64,000 nt of DNA from Candidatus Scalinduaceae bacterium (GCA_046759445.1 JBHICG010000003.1:1-64000), one strand, 5' to 3'. Counted from the first letter of the stretch, positions 48,031-58,744 are shown. Made by a program: numbers and translations. The notes: generated from the letters alone by a model not told the origin.

Positions 48031-49020
48031 ATGAACGATTATGTTGCCATTACTCATGAATCTTTAATAGAGAATACAAAAATAGGATGTGATTTGTATT
48101 TGCAAACTAATGTCAATGGGAGTCACAGATACGTCTTGTTCTGTCGTGGAGATGAGATATTTTGTAATGAGAGAAGAGAGGTATTAATAGAAAAACACAT
48201 AAAAAGGCTTTTTATTTCTACAAAAGATTCTAAAAGCTTTTTCAGGTATCAGGAAGACAACCTAAAAGACATCCTTGCAGACAAAGATAAGAGTTCGCAG
48301 GAAAAATCCCAAGTGGTTTATCAAGTTGCAAAATACCTGGTCATGGACCTTATGAATGACCTTAGGTCCGGAGCCAAATTAAAAAGGGTTGCAAAATGGG
48401 TGGATAACACAATTGACTTTATTCTCCATGACGAAAATGCATTCGTTTGTCTGTTACAGGTATCTTCCCATGACTACTACACATATACGCATTCAGTAAA
48501 TCTAGCAGTCCTAGGATTACTTTTTGGCAAACATCTTTCTTTTGATAAACATGGTCTGAATTCCTTTGGCACAGGTATGTTACTGCATGATGTGGGCAAG
48601 GCGGAAATTCCATTAGAAATCATTAATAAACCTGGCAAGTTAACAAAAGATGAGAGAGAGATACTGGAGAAGCATCCAGAAAATGGATTAAAGCTTTTGC
48701 AAGGTAAAGAATTAGAAGAGAAAGCCTTAATAGCAGTTATTCAACATCATGAGAACTTTGATTGTACTGGCTATCCTAATAAGATTGGAGGCAAGGATAT
48801 TCATTTGTTTGGAAGAATTTCTCGGATAATTGATGTGTATGATGCAATGACCACAAACAGACCTTATGCAGATGCACTGAGACCATTTGATGCTCTTTTG
48901 GAGATGAAGGTAAAAATGCTCAAATGCTTTGAAAAGGAATTGTTTAATGAGTTTATTTATTTTTTAGGATCTAAGGATGCGGATGGAAAGCAAAGGAAGT
49001 ATGAAATACCACATACCTGA
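48031..49020 (+). CDS. HD-GYP phosphodiesterase
   Basis: YTYTHS, LHDVGK, HHENFDCTGYP, DVYDAMTTNRPY. Confidence 0.93.
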   Translation: MNDYVAITHESLIENTKIGCDLYLQTNVNGSHRYVLFCRGDEIFCNERREVLIEKHIKRLFISTKDSKSFFRYQEDNLKDILADKDKSSQEKSQVVYQVAKYLVMDLMNDLRSGAKLKRVAKWVDNTIDFILHDENAFVCLLQVSSHDYYTYTHSVNLAVLGLLFGKHLSFDKHGLNSFGTGMLLHDVGKAEIPLEIINKPGKLTKDEREILEKHPENGLKLLQGKELEEKALIAVIQHHENFDCTGYPNKIGGKDIHLFGRISRIIDVYDAMTTNRPYADALRPFDALLEMKVKMLKCFEKELFNEFIYFLGSKDADGKQRKYEIPHT

Positions 49021-49161
49021 AACTTTTGCTTTGGTGGAATTTAGGCTTTAGCCTTTTATAAAATCCTAAAGGATTAATTCCTGAATATACTTATTTTTTT
49101 TGCCAAAATTGGTCAAAATATTTCTATTAAGTAACTAATTTGTTTAAATTGAGGAAAAATA

Positions 49162-50151
49162 ATGATTAACTACTTCCCTATTAGCCTAAACAGTTTAAAA
49201 ACTGAAACAATAATTGGCTGTGATATTTACATACTTATGAATGTTAAGGGTAGTACTCGTTATGTATTATATTGTAAAGGAGATGCAGTCTTTGGGGGTG
49301 GGAAAAAGGAACAACTGATTAAAAAAAATGTCAACAGGCTTTTTATTAGAAAAAATGATGAACAGAAATATTATGAGTATTTAGAAACTAATTTTCAAGA
49401 TATCATATCTGATAAAAAAATCCCTTCTGATGAAAAGGCGCAAATCGTACACGGTACGGCTACAAACCTGGTTAAGGATGTCTTCAATGACCCAAGAACC
49501 GGAAATATCGACAGGTCTAAAACATTTGCTTACAATATGGTTGATTACATACTTAAAGATGAGAAGGCCGTGCATAGCTTACTTAAAATAGCGACACATG
49601 AATATTATACATATACTCATTCAGTGAATGTTGCTGCAGTAGGTACCTCATTTGTGAAAAACCTTGGTTTAGGTGAGGAAGATATGAAGTCGTTTTGTAC
49701 GGGGATACTCCTTCACGATCTTGGTAAAACTAAGATCAGTCCTGATATTCTTAATAAAAAAGGTAAATTGACAGAAGAGGAATTTGAACAGATAAAGAAA
49801 CATCCTGAATTAGGTGTAGAGGTTTTGAAGGAAACGGGAAATGAATTGAAAGACGTATATACGATAGTGTTGCAACATCACGAGAACCTTGATGGTAGCG
49901 GATATCCATACGGGCTTAAAAGAAATGAAATTCATCCTTGTGGTAAGATTGCTCGTATAATAGACATATATGATGCCTTAACCACAAACAGGTCATATTC
50001 TGGTGCGATGAGACCATTTGCCGCTCTTACAGAGATGAAGGAAAAGATGCTTAATTGCTTTGAGAAGGAACTATTTAAAGAATTTATATGCTTTTTAGGT
50101 CCCTATGATCCGCGTAGAAAGAAAAGGAAGAAAGACATATTATATACTTGA
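49162..50151 (+). CDS. HD-GYP phosphodiesterase
   Basis: LHDLGK, HHENLDGSGYP, DIYDALTTNRSY. Confidence 0.93.
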   Translation: MINYFPISLNSLKTETIIGCDIYILMNVKGSTRYVLYCKGDAVFGGGKKEQLIKKNVNRLFIRKNDEQKYYEYLETNFQDIISDKKIPSDEKAQIVHGTATNLVKDVFNDPRTGNIDRSKTFAYNMVDYILKDEKAVHSLLKIATHEYYTYTHSVNVAAVGTSFVKNLGLGEEDMKSFCTGILLHDLGKTKISPDILNKKGKLTEEEFEQIKKHPELGVEVLKETGNELKDVYTIVLQHHENLDGSGYPYGLKRNEIHPCGKIARIIDIYDALTTNRSYSGAMRPFAALTEMKEKMLNCFEKELFKEFICFLGPYDPRRKKRKKDILYT

Positions 50152-50215
50152 AGTCTTAGTATTCATTTGGCGCCTTAATACTTAATATTGAAGCCGTAAT
50201 CGAAGGATAGAAGTA

Positions 50216-51166
50216 ATGATTGATTATTTACCTATAAAACTGAACAGTTTAAGAACAGATACAATAATTGGTTGTGATATTTACTTGCTCATGAATGTTA
50301 ATGGCGCTAGTCGTTATGTATTATATTGCAAAGGTGATACAGTCTTTGAGGACGGGAAAAAAGAACTGCTGGTAAAAAAAAATGTCAATAGACTTTTTGT
50401 TAACAAGGACGATGAACAGAAATACTACAAGTATTTGGAATCTAATTTTCAGGATATCATGTCTGATAAAAGAATTCCTTCTGATGAAAGGGCGCAAATC
50501 GTCCATAGTGCAGCCACAAACCTGATTAAGGATGTCTTCAATGACCCAAGAACCGGAAATATCGAAAGGTCAAAAACGTTTGCTTACAATATGGTTGATT
50601 ATATTCTTAAAGATGGTAGAGCGGCATTCAGCTTACTTAAAATAGCATCGCATGAGTATTATACATATGAGCATTCAGTAAATGTTGCTGCCATAGGGAC
50701 TTTGTTTGCAAAGAATCTCGGTTTAGGCGAAGATGATTTAAAACGCTTTTGTACAGGGACGCTCCTGCATGATCTTGGTAAAACAAAGATTAACCCTGAT
50801 ATTCTTAATAAGAAAGACAAATTAACGGAAGGAGAATTTAAAGAGATTAAGGAACATCCCGAGTTAGGTGTAGCAATATTAAAGGAGACGGGAAATGGTT
50901 TTAGGGATGAGTATACAATAATTTTGCAGCATCACGAGAACCTTGATGGTAGCGGATATCCTTATGGGCTTAAAAAAGGGGAAATACATTCTAGTGGCAA
51001 GATTGCTCGTATTATAGACGTATATGATGCATTAACTACAAAAAGGCCATATTGTGATGCGCAAACGCCATACAACGCCTTAATAACAATCAAGGATGAA
51101 ATGTTCAGTATGGTTGATCCTATTATGTTTAAGAGGTTTGTAAGATTTCTTGGCGGCTATAATTGA
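50216..51166 (+). CDS. HD-GYP phosphodiesterase (tandem paralog of 49162)
   Basis: LHDLGK, HHENLDGSGYP; long identical stretches with the upstream gene. Confidence 0.93.
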   Translation: MIDYLPIKLNSLRTDTIIGCDIYLLMNVNGASRYVLYCKGDTVFEDGKKELLVKKNVNRLFVNKDDEQKYYKYLESNFQDIMSDKRIPSDERAQIVHSAATNLIKDVFNDPRTGNIERSKTFAYNMVDYILKDGRAAFSLLKIASHEYYTYEHSVNVAAIGTLFAKNLGLGEDDLKRFCTGTLLHDLGKTKINPDILNKKDKLTEGEFKEIKEHPELGVAILKETGNGFRDEYTIILQHHENLDGSGYPYGLKKGEIHSSGKIARIIDVYDALTTKRPYCDAQTPYNALITIKDEMFSMVDPIMFKRFVRFLGGYN

Positions 51167-51205
51167 TGACAATATGTAATTTTCAGAACATGGTGAAATG
51201 TTGAG

Positions 51206-51284
51206 TAGTATCTCTTGCGGAGGCACTACATTGTCTCCCTGAATCCTGTGCTGAACATGTTTCAGTATCGTTTTCAGGGTCTCT
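51206..51284. repeat. Dispersed palindromic element, copy 2
   Basis: About 70/79 identical to revcomp of 11727-11804. Confidence 0.8.
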
Positions 51285-51378
51285 TAATATCTTGATATAT
51301 ATAAATTCTGAAACAAACTTTTGAAAAAAAAGAAATAAAACTGAAATCTGCAATTTAATGTAGATCAAAGGATATTAG

Positions 51379-52329
51379 ATGAAATCAGAAATTATAAGAG
51401 TCTTGATAATCGAGGACAACCCGGATAGTGCACAGCTTATTCTGGAAGAACTGACAGAGGTTAATTCTGGTAAATTTGAGCTGAAATGTGCAGAACGGCT
51501 TTCGACAGGACTGGAGTGTCTTGGAAAGGGGGATGTTGACGTTGTACTGTTGGATATGTCACTACCGGATAGTAATGGCCTTGATACACTTATTAAGGTG
51601 CGTGCGCACTCACTTGAATTGCCAATTGTGGTGTTAACCAGTTTAGATGAAGAAGAATTTGCAATTAAGGCAGTGCAAAATGGCGCGCAAGATTATCTTG
51701 TAAAGGGAAGTGTGGATGGCAATGTGCTCGTACGTTCTATACGCTACGCCATCGAAAGACACAGGATGCTTAAAGAATTGGAAGAAGTTAAATTACGTTT
51801 GGAACATCTGGCACATCATGATAGCCTTACTGGCCTGCCTAATCGACACTTGTTCTATGACCACCTGAACAAATCAGTGGCGCGCGCATACCGTCATAAA
51901 AGTATGCTGGCTGTTTTATTCCTCGACCTTGATGAATTTAAGCAAATCAATGACACGCTGGGTCACTCAAGTGGTGATCTCTTGCTACTATCAGTCTCAA
52001 AACGTCTGACAGATTGTATACGTATGAGTGATATTGTTGCTCGCCTTGGAGGAGATGAATTTACGGTGATACTTGATACTATTAATTCTGCAAATGATGC
52101 CGCTAAAGTGGCACAGAAAATTTTAAGAGAAATGTCCAAGGTGTGTGTGCTGGATGGCCAGAAATACTTTGTCTCTACCAGCATTGGGATCAGTATATAT
52201 CCAGATGACGGTTTAGATGTGGAGACTCTAGTCAAAAAAGCAGATTCTGCCATGTATAGCGCAAAGGGAAGCGGTAAAAATAACTATAAATTTTTTCTTA
52301 CGAGTTTGAATAAAGAAATTGCAACCTAA
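51379..52329 (+). CDS. REC-GGDEF diguanylate cyclase
   Basis: Receiver; HDSLTGLPNR; RMSD-IVARL-GGDEF. Confidence 0.95.
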   Translation: MKSEIIRVLIIEDNPDSAQLILEELTEVNSGKFELKCAERLSTGLECLGKGDVDVVLLDMSLPDSNGLDTLIKVRAHSLELPIVVLTSLDEEEFAIKAVQNGAQDYLVKGSVDGNVLVRSIRYAIERHRMLKELEEVKLRLEHLAHHDSLTGLPNRHLFYDHLNKSVARAYRHKSMLAVLFLDLDEFKQINDTLGHSSGDLLLLSVSKRLTDCIRMSDIVARLGGDEFTVILDTINSANDAAKVAQKILREMSKVCVLDGQKYFVSTSIGISIYPDDGLDVETLVKKADSAMYSAKGSGKNNYKFFLTSLNKEIAT

Positions 52330-52576
52330 AATTGAGCTATTCTCTGAATTGCCTTAAGCAGGAGGTTTTTTCTCCTTATCAGGAGGATTCCAGAGTTTAT
52401 TTTCGTGTCCGCAAGGAAAGTTTTAACAATATGAGGAAAAAAGGGACATGAGTTTTCAGTAAACGAACTTCAAATCTCTCAGTTAACATGAATGTAAATT
52501 CTTACGATTAACTATAAGTTATTTAACTTAAATATCTTATAAAATTTAGAGATTATAAAAAGGTCTGATATGCTTT

Positions 52577-52592
52577 TGGCACTTTAGTTGCT
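52577..52592 (+). promoter_or_regulatory. sigma54 promoter
   Basis: TGGCACTTTAGTTGCT; box pair GGAAAGTTTTAAC / GGAAAAAAGGGAC at 52415 and 52435. Confidence 0.8.
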
Positions 52593-52670
52593 TTCTTTCT
52601 TAGTGTTAGTGTGAGGAAAAATTGTTTAATGGTGTAAGATTGCTACAGGGGATTATGGGAAAGTCTTACA

Positions 52671-52898
52671 ATGAAACAGTTAGCCAAACGTTCCAATAAA
52701 TACACAAAAATGAAAAGCTTGAAAAGGAAAGTTAAGGTAAGGAAGTATAATACAAGATTGACATTAATGGATTTGGTTACAATCTTTATGGATGAAGCTA
52801 ACAAAGTTTGCAAAAATAAAGATACGGCTTACATAATTGCCTTAAAATCTCTACAAGATTATATAAGCAAGCACGTTAGTAATATAAAGATAATATAG
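52671..52898 (+). CDS. Small basic hypothetical protein
   Basis: 75 aa, directly behind a sigma54 promoter and in front of the GAF/HD-GYP gene. Confidence 0.6.
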   Translation: MKQLAKRSNKYTKMKSLKRKVKVRKYNTRLTLMDLVTIFMDEANKVCKNKDTAYIIALKSLQDYISKHVSNIKII

Positions 52899-52909
52899 TA
52901 TAAGGATAG

Positions 52910-54550
52910 TTGATTATGCCAACAGTCAAATACATAAATTCATCTGGAATAAAAAATAATGAGGGCGATTCTCAAACAAATAAGACAGAGATAAAAAACT
53001 TACACTATAATATGAAGGGGATTGAAAAAATAGGTATAGCATTGAATTCAGTGTTTAAGATTGAGAAGCTTTATAAATTGATACTTGATATAACTACAGA
53101 TGTGCTGGAGGCGAATTATGCATCACTGATGATATTAGAAGGAGATAGTCTTTACATAAAGTCTTCCATACATCTTCCCAAAGAAATAATTAAACAAACC
53201 AGAGTAAGAGTAGGAGTGGGAATATCGGGATGGGTAGCCTTAAAGGGTGAACCATTAGTGGTTAAAGATATAGAGAACAACATCAAGTTTAAGAAAAGAA
53301 ATAACAAGAGGTATTTGAGTAAGTCTTTTATTTCAATGCCGATTATCCACAATAATAAGGTCTTAGGAGTAATTAACGTTAATGATAAGAATAATAATGA
53401 ATTGTTTGGTGAGGAAGATGTTGAGACGCTCAAGATAATTTTGAAATATGCTGCTATTGCCATCAGAAATGCCCATTTAATCGAGCAATCTGGAAAGCAT
53501 ACAATTATTGATAAGCTGGAAGGTTTTTACAATAATGATAAAAATAAGTTTTTGCCAGTGACTCTACAAAGTCTCAAATCTGGCCCATTTAGCACAAACG
53601 AATTGTATTTACATAGTCAAAATAATGGGAAGAATAATTATGTACTGTATTGGAAAGGTGGCGATAGCTTGTTTGTTAATGAGAAAAGGGAGGAATTTGT
53701 AAGAAGGAATATTAACAGACTTTTTGTTCCCAAGAATGGTAGAAAACAATATTTGCGATTTATGGAAACAAATCTTGAAAGAATTGTCGAGGATAATGAT
53801 GTTGGCCTAAAAGAAAAATATCACATAGTCAATAACGTTGCTATTAACATCGCTAATGATGTTAGTACTGCACCTGATGGAGTATGTAACATAGAAAGGT
53901 CGAAGCATTGGGTATGTCTCATGGCAGATTTCATTTTTAACAGCCAAGATAATTTTTTGGCCCTGGTTGGAGTTATGAGTCACAATGGGAATTCCTTCGA
54001 ACATTTCATAAATGATGCAATGTTAGGTTTAATTTTTGTAAATCATCTTGGTTTGAGCCTTGATGAATCAAAAAAATTAGGTTTGGGTCTATTTCTTCAA
54101 GATATCGGTATGCGCAAGATTGACCCTTTAATAATCAACAAACCTACTAGATTGAGTAAAGATGAGTTTATTATTGTGAAAAAGCATCCAGAGATAGGTT
54201 TCCAGACATTACAGGATACAGGAAAGATTGCAATTGAATCATATCTGCTTGCCCTGAACCATCATGAAAACTTTGACGGTAGCGGTTATCCGTATGGTTT
54301 GAAAGGGGTTGATATTGATTATAATTGTAGAATATCCCGGATTATCGACGTATATAATGCGCTTACGTTTAACAGACCATATGCAAGTGCAAACAGTCCT
54401 GATAAAGCATGCATGATAATGAGAGATGTTATGAAAGGGGCTTTTGATACGGATGTATTAGATAGTTTTATAGATTTTTTGAGATCAGTTCAGGTTACAA
54501 CAAACACTACTTCGTCTAACAGGCCAATCAAAAAGGTTTCTTACTGCTAA
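52910..54550 (+). CDS. GAF plus degenerate HD-GYP protein
   Basis: GISGWVA...SFISMPI...GVINV GAF; LQDIG replaces LHDIG; HHENFDGSGYP. Confidence 0.9.
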   Translation: MIMPTVKYINSSGIKNNEGDSQTNKTEIKNLHYNMKGIEKIGIALNSVFKIEKLYKLILDITTDVLEANYASLMILEGDSLYIKSSIHLPKEIIKQTRVRVGVGISGWVALKGEPLVVKDIENNIKFKKRNNKRYLSKSFISMPIIHNNKVLGVINVNDKNNNELFGEEDVETLKIILKYAAIAIRNAHLIEQSGKHTIIDKLEGFYNNDKNKFLPVTLQSLKSGPFSTNELYLHSQNNGKNNYVLYWKGGDSLFVNEKREEFVRRNINRLFVPKNGRKQYLRFMETNLERIVEDNDVGLKEKYHIVNNVAINIANDVSTAPDGVCNIERSKHWVCLMADFIFNSQDNFLALVGVMSHNGNSFEHFINDAMLGLIFVNHLGLSLDESKKLGLGLFLQDIGMRKIDPLIINKPTRLSKDEFIIVKKHPEIGFQTLQDTGKIAIESYLLALNHHENFDGSGYPYGLKGVDIDYNCRISRIIDVYNALTFNRPYASANSPDKACMIMRDVMKGAFDTDVLDSFIDFLRSVQVTTNTTSSNRPIKKVSYC

Positions 54551-54564
54551 GATTTATTATACAA

Positions 54565-55827
54565 TCACGTTTGATGTCCTAACATCGTTATAAAGTCCCT
54601 CACTATTTTCTCATCATAATCTTCCTTTATTTCAGACATTAACTGTAGCGCCTCAAAAGGCTTATAGGCTTTTCTGTAAGGCCGTGTAGTTGTTAGGGCA
54701 TCAAAAAAATCTACAATTGCCGCAATGCGACCAAAAAGATGAATTTGTTCACCTTTTAATTTGTATGGATATCCTTTGCCGGATATTTTTTCATGGTGCT
54801 GTAGAATAGGTATATAAGCATTTTTTGAAATCTTGTTATTACTGTTTTCCAATAACATCTTTCCTGCAATAACGTGATTTTTTACATTATCATATTCATC
54901 TTTAGTTAGCTTGCCAGGTTTATTAAGGATGTATGGGTCTATCGAACTCTTACCAATGTCATGTAAAAGCGCTCCCAATCCCAGTTCTGTTATTTCTGGA
55001 TATCTTTTCAGATTAAGCGCTGTTCCTAATCCAATACTGATGGTACAGACATTTAATGAATGTGTGTATGTGTAATAATCGTGCGAAGTAATTTTTAGCA
55101 GATTGTAAAAGTTGTTTTCGTTGTTCAGTATAGTGTCAACCAACGTTTCTACAACAGCGCTTGATTTTTGAATATTCTCTCCATTTCTGGGATCATCAAG
55201 AACTTCCTTGACAATTAGTTTGGAATTTTCCTGAATAATACTGCATTGTAGTTCCTGTGGCAATTCTTTATCTTTTGAATATTCCCGTGTAAAATTCTCT
55301 AAGTATGTTTTATATAAAGGTAGATCTGAATTCTGGATCACGATTGGCAAGATGTTTTTTTGAATGTCCTCTGGTACAGCGTCTGGTTTATCATTTTGAC
55401 TTTCGGGTCCAAAAAACAGTTTAGTATCAAAATCATTTATTTCATAAACGTTGAAATCGACTTTAGAACCTGGAATGAGGGTCTTTGTTCCAATAGGGTA
55501 ATAATCTGAATGTAATTTATAATGTTTTTCTACATTTTCTGGTTTGTCAAACGGGGAAGCAAAATCTTTTTTTGTTAAATCGAAGTCGTCATTTTCTTGA
55601 TGAGTATGGAAGTAATCTTCAAATGCTCCCATCTCATCTTCTGAAACGAAGATAGTGCGTATTTTATTATCGATGAGTCTGTTTAGGGTCTCTTCTGTGA
55701 AGGGGTGGCTTTTCTTACGAAATAAAATAATACGGTGGTCTTTTGGCTGAATAAATATATTGAAATTTGGTATCGTATTGACCTTTAAATTTTCTGTAGA
55801 AACAGATATGTATTTTTCTTCGCTCAT
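54565..55827 (-). CDS. HD-GYP phosphodiesterase
   Basis: YTYTHS, LHDIGK, HHEKISGKGYP, RPYRKA. Confidence 0.93.
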   Translation of the reverse strand: MSEEKYISVSTENLKVNTIPNFNIFIQPKDHRIILFRKKSHPFTEETLNRLIDNKIRTIFVSEDEMGAFEDYFHTHQENDDFDLTKKDFASPFDKPENVEKHYKLHSDYYPIGTKTLIPGSKVDFNVYEINDFDTKLFFGPESQNDKPDAVPEDIQKNILPIVIQNSDLPLYKTYLENFTREYSKDKELPQELQCSIIQENSKLIVKEVLDDPRNGENIQKSSAVVETLVDTILNNENNFYNLLKITSHDYYTYTHSLNVCTISIGLGTALNLKRYPEITELGLGALLHDIGKSSIDPYILNKPGKLTKDEYDNVKNHVIAGKMLLENSNNKISKNAYIPILQHHEKISGKGYPYKLKGEQIHLFGRIAAIVDFFDALTTTRPYRKAYKPFEALQLMSEIKEDYDEKIVRDFITMLGHQT

Positions 55828-57068
55828 AACAGTTTTTGTTCCAATTGTTCCTTTAATATACGTCTAGGCTTATGACAATATGCATCGATTCCGTTCTCTC
55901 GGGTAAATTTCTTCACAAGATATCCTCTCTTATTCTTAAACATCTTGGCTTGCATCAAAATCTTCTCTTCTGCTTCCTGATGACTCATTTCCATAGTCTG
56001 TCTGTAAAAAGATGCAACCCTTGCAAAATAAAGAGGTTTCAGGGCCTCTACCACGTCTTCTTTATTCTCCGATACCTCGTATGCAAAGATAAAGTCGTAG
56101 AGTTTCTTTGCCCAAAGTTCTGATCCGATGTTCCATCTCTTTGCCAAATACATTTTCTTGGTTATATGGTAATGGGATGGTGAAAGGATGTTTAAGATCA
56201 TCTTATCCATCCTTGAAAACGCATCAAAGCTTACTTTTTTGAGGTACTTATAGTCGACAGAAAGGCTCTGTGGTTCTTCATAACTTAAATCACCCAGGAT
56301 AGGACACTCTTTATTACTATTCCCATGCATCCATGTTTCCCTAAACCTTGAGATGTTGGAAAAGAGAGTTGTTACAACCTGAGTAAACATAGATCCCAAC
56401 TTTGGTGCACTTGGCTTATGGACCTTAGACCCCAATAAGACTTGACAAACCCTGAATCCATTTAAGAGGGCTGAAGTAGTCATAAATATGTCTATACCAT
56501 ATTGTCGGGTATTCCTTTCCCATGCCATTCTAAGCCAGTAGCTTGCCGTCCTTGGTGAGAAAGAGAAATCACCGCCTATAGGCTGTCTGATGTTTGCCTT
56601 GAAGATTGAGTATATCAACGGATAGGTTATGTGGTTTGTTATAGTGCCGTCATATTCGTTTCTTGTGTATATGGGTGTTACGAAGTCATATCCCTCCAAA
56701 ATAGGTGTAGCAAGGGTTTTAACCCATTCAGGGTTGATACTCTTTAGATCAGCATCTACAACTATTACGGATTTTGCCTTTAGTTGCACAACCTCTATAA
56801 GCAGATTCCTTATATTGTTTCCCTTGCCTATCGCAGCTTCACCTGTGCTGATATACTTCTTTGGTATGTTTCCTGTTTCGGCACCCAGAAAAGCTTCCTT
56901 TGTTCCATCCTTAGAATTGTTATCAACATTGATAATTATGGCAGAGTTGGTTGGGAAGTATGTCTTTAACCCTAATGCCAATTGACGGGTAACAAATGCA
57001 ATATTGTCTGCTTCGTTCAGTGATGGTATGCCAATAACAATGTCTGCCTCTTTGCATATTTTGCCCAT
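55824..57068 (-). CDS. GT-A glycosyltransferase, glucosyl/mannosyl-glycerate synthase-like
   Basis: GIPSLNEAD, GKGN, VDADL, YDGTITN, RQPIGGDF, YGIDIFMT. Confidence 0.8.
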   Translation of the reverse strand: MGKICKEADIVIGIPSLNEADNIAFVTRQLALGLKTYFPTNSAIIINVDNNSKDGTKEAFLGAETGNIPKKYISTGEAAIGKGNNIRNLLIEVVQLKAKSVIVVDADLKSINPEWVKTLATPILEGYDFVTPIYTRNEYDGTITNHITYPLIYSIFKANIRQPIGGDFSFSPRTASYWLRMAWERNTRQYGIDIFMTTSALLNGFRVCQVLLGSKVHKPSAPKLGSMFTQVVTTLFSNISRFRETWMHGNSNKECPILGDLSYEEPQSLSVDYKYLKKVSFDAFSRMDKMILNILSPSHYHITKKMYLAKRWNIGSELWAKKLYDFIFAYEVSENKEDVVEALKPLYFARVASFYRQTMEMSHQEAEEKILMQAKMFKNKRGYLVKKFTRENGIDAYCHKPRRILKEQLEQKLL

Positions 57069-57087
57069 AGTATTTTCCTTATCTTTA

Positions 57088-57114
57088 TTATCGTCTTTAT
57101 GAGCCTGGGCTTAA
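57088..57114 (-). promoter_or_regulatory. sigma28 promoter
   Basis: TTAA-N15-GACGATAA; shares GACGATAATAAAG with the flgM sigma28 site. Confidence 0.6.
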
Positions 57115-57273
57115 GCTTAAATTATGTAAATAGTTACATATTTTTTAATGAAAAACATGTTTCCGGTCTTTCTTTGATACGGCAAGCATAAAAAGATAGT
57201 GTTTCAAAAAAACCTTCACTTTCATATAATTACACGATTTTTTTTGTTTTTCTTAATGTTTTCTATCTTGAAC

Positions 57274-57537
57274 TCATCCGTTCATCCTCATTCTCATTCC
57301 TTGATGATGTTCTGCTGTGTGCCGTGATTTGGCTGTTTTCTTTCTTCGTTCTTTAGCCCTATTTGATAAATGTTTTTCTAAATTTTTTAAGTATTTATTG
57401 TAAAGTATCTTATCATTGTAGTTAGAGCACTTTGAGTGGTGCCATCTTGCATGTGGGTCTTCGTAAACGGCACAACGGTTATCTAAATTTAGGATACAAC
57501 CGTAACATTTTCTTGTAGGTTTACCATTTCTATTCAT
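57274..57537 (-). CDS. Small Cys/His-rich basic protein
   Basis: CYGC...RC...WHHSKC; AAAGGA RBS. Confidence 0.7.
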   Translation of the reverse strand: MNRNGKPTRKCYGCILNLDNRCAVYEDPHARWHHSKCSNYNDKILYNKYLKNLEKHLSNRAKERRKKTAKSRHTAEHHQGMRMRMNG

Positions 57538-57695
57538 GTTAATTCCTTTCTTACTAATATCAAGCTAACTTTGCGACTAAACTTAGTAGATTCCTTTTTC
57601 CCATTTTCCCCCCTTTCTGTTAGTATCCTTTTAATGATTATGCCATATATTCCTTATACTCAAATCATAATAAACTTTTTGTTATTATTTTAGTA

Positions 57696-57711
57696 CACAA
57701 CTACTGTACCA
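57696..57711 (-). promoter_or_regulatory. sigma54-like promoter with variant -12 (TTGT)
   Basis: TGGTACAGTAGTTGTG; duplicate of 881-896. Confidence 0.5.
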
Positions 57712-58147
57712 AAGTTAATAGTTTGAAAAGAAAAACTGTAATGTATCATTAATATTACACTTGAGAATATATCTTAAGGGATTGGATGAAGAAGGAAAAA
57801 CCTTTTTAAGTTAAAAATGTTTACAAAAATCAACATCGGGTTTCAAAGAAACTCAGTTTTCCCGTAAGTATTTATTCTGTATGAAATAAGATGTGTTTGT
57901 TTTTTTGTAGTTATTTTCAACAAGAGTTGAAAATAAATTTAGTTTCTTCTTGGTAGACTCTAGAAATTTCAACAAGTATTGTAAGAATATTAGTCAAGCT
58001 GATATGGACTATAGATCAATAGAGTGCGGAGTGAGGATTGCAAACGTTATCAATGTTTGTTCTGGTTTATGAAAAAATAGTTCTCAACCAAATTTTGTTT
58101 TCGTTAAATTCTGAAAGGTAAAGGTTTATTGCGAATTTATTACTTAC

Positions 58148-58615
58148 TTATTGGACTACATCAATAAAACTTGGAGGGCGAATTGCTTGCATTCTTGATG
58201 ATTTTAGCTTTCTTCTTCTTTTGCTAAGGTTGCTTGCTTTTAATTTTATGTCATCTATTAATGAAGATAATGCTTTTATGCTGTCTTGGTCGTAGTTCAC
58301 TAAATTAGTGATTATGGAATATATTTGTCTTAGAAGAGACGTAATTCTGTTATCTCTAGTAAGTATTAGGGGATTCAACATAATTTCTTCCTGTAGTTTT
58401 ATGTTAAGTTTCTCCAAACGTTTGATATCCTTAATATGGTTTTCCTTTTCCGTTATTAGTAAATTTAATTCTTTTATATTATCGGATTTTATTGCTTCTT
58501 CCTGTTTTTTTGTTAGATATGATACCTTTTTGTAACATTCTAACATTCTTTTTAAGCAGGAGATTATTTCTTCATTTTCCATTTCTGTTCTTTCTATAAT
58601 CCTCAATCCGATCAC
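58148..58615 (-). CDS. FlgN/FliT-like flagellar chaperone
   Basis: Helical; QEEAIKSDNIKELNLLITEKE; ends FIDVVQ; follows fliS. Confidence 0.65.
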   Translation of the reverse strand: MIGLRIIERTEMENEEIISCLKRMLECYKKVSYLTKKQEEAIKSDNIKELNLLITEKENHIKDIKRLEKLNIKLQEEIMLNPLILTRDNRITSLLRQIYSIITNLVNYDQDSIKALSSLIDDIKLKASNLSKRRRKLKSSRMQAIRPPSFIDVVQ

Positions 58616-58744
58616 AAATCCAAAATATGAAATTATGGAAGGTGTGCCATTCTATCGAATGCCCTTAAGCCTTCCGCTACGGGTCAGCATAGACTTCGTT
58701 TTGCGCAGCAAAACGCCATAAATTAGCGAACAACTGGAACTAAT

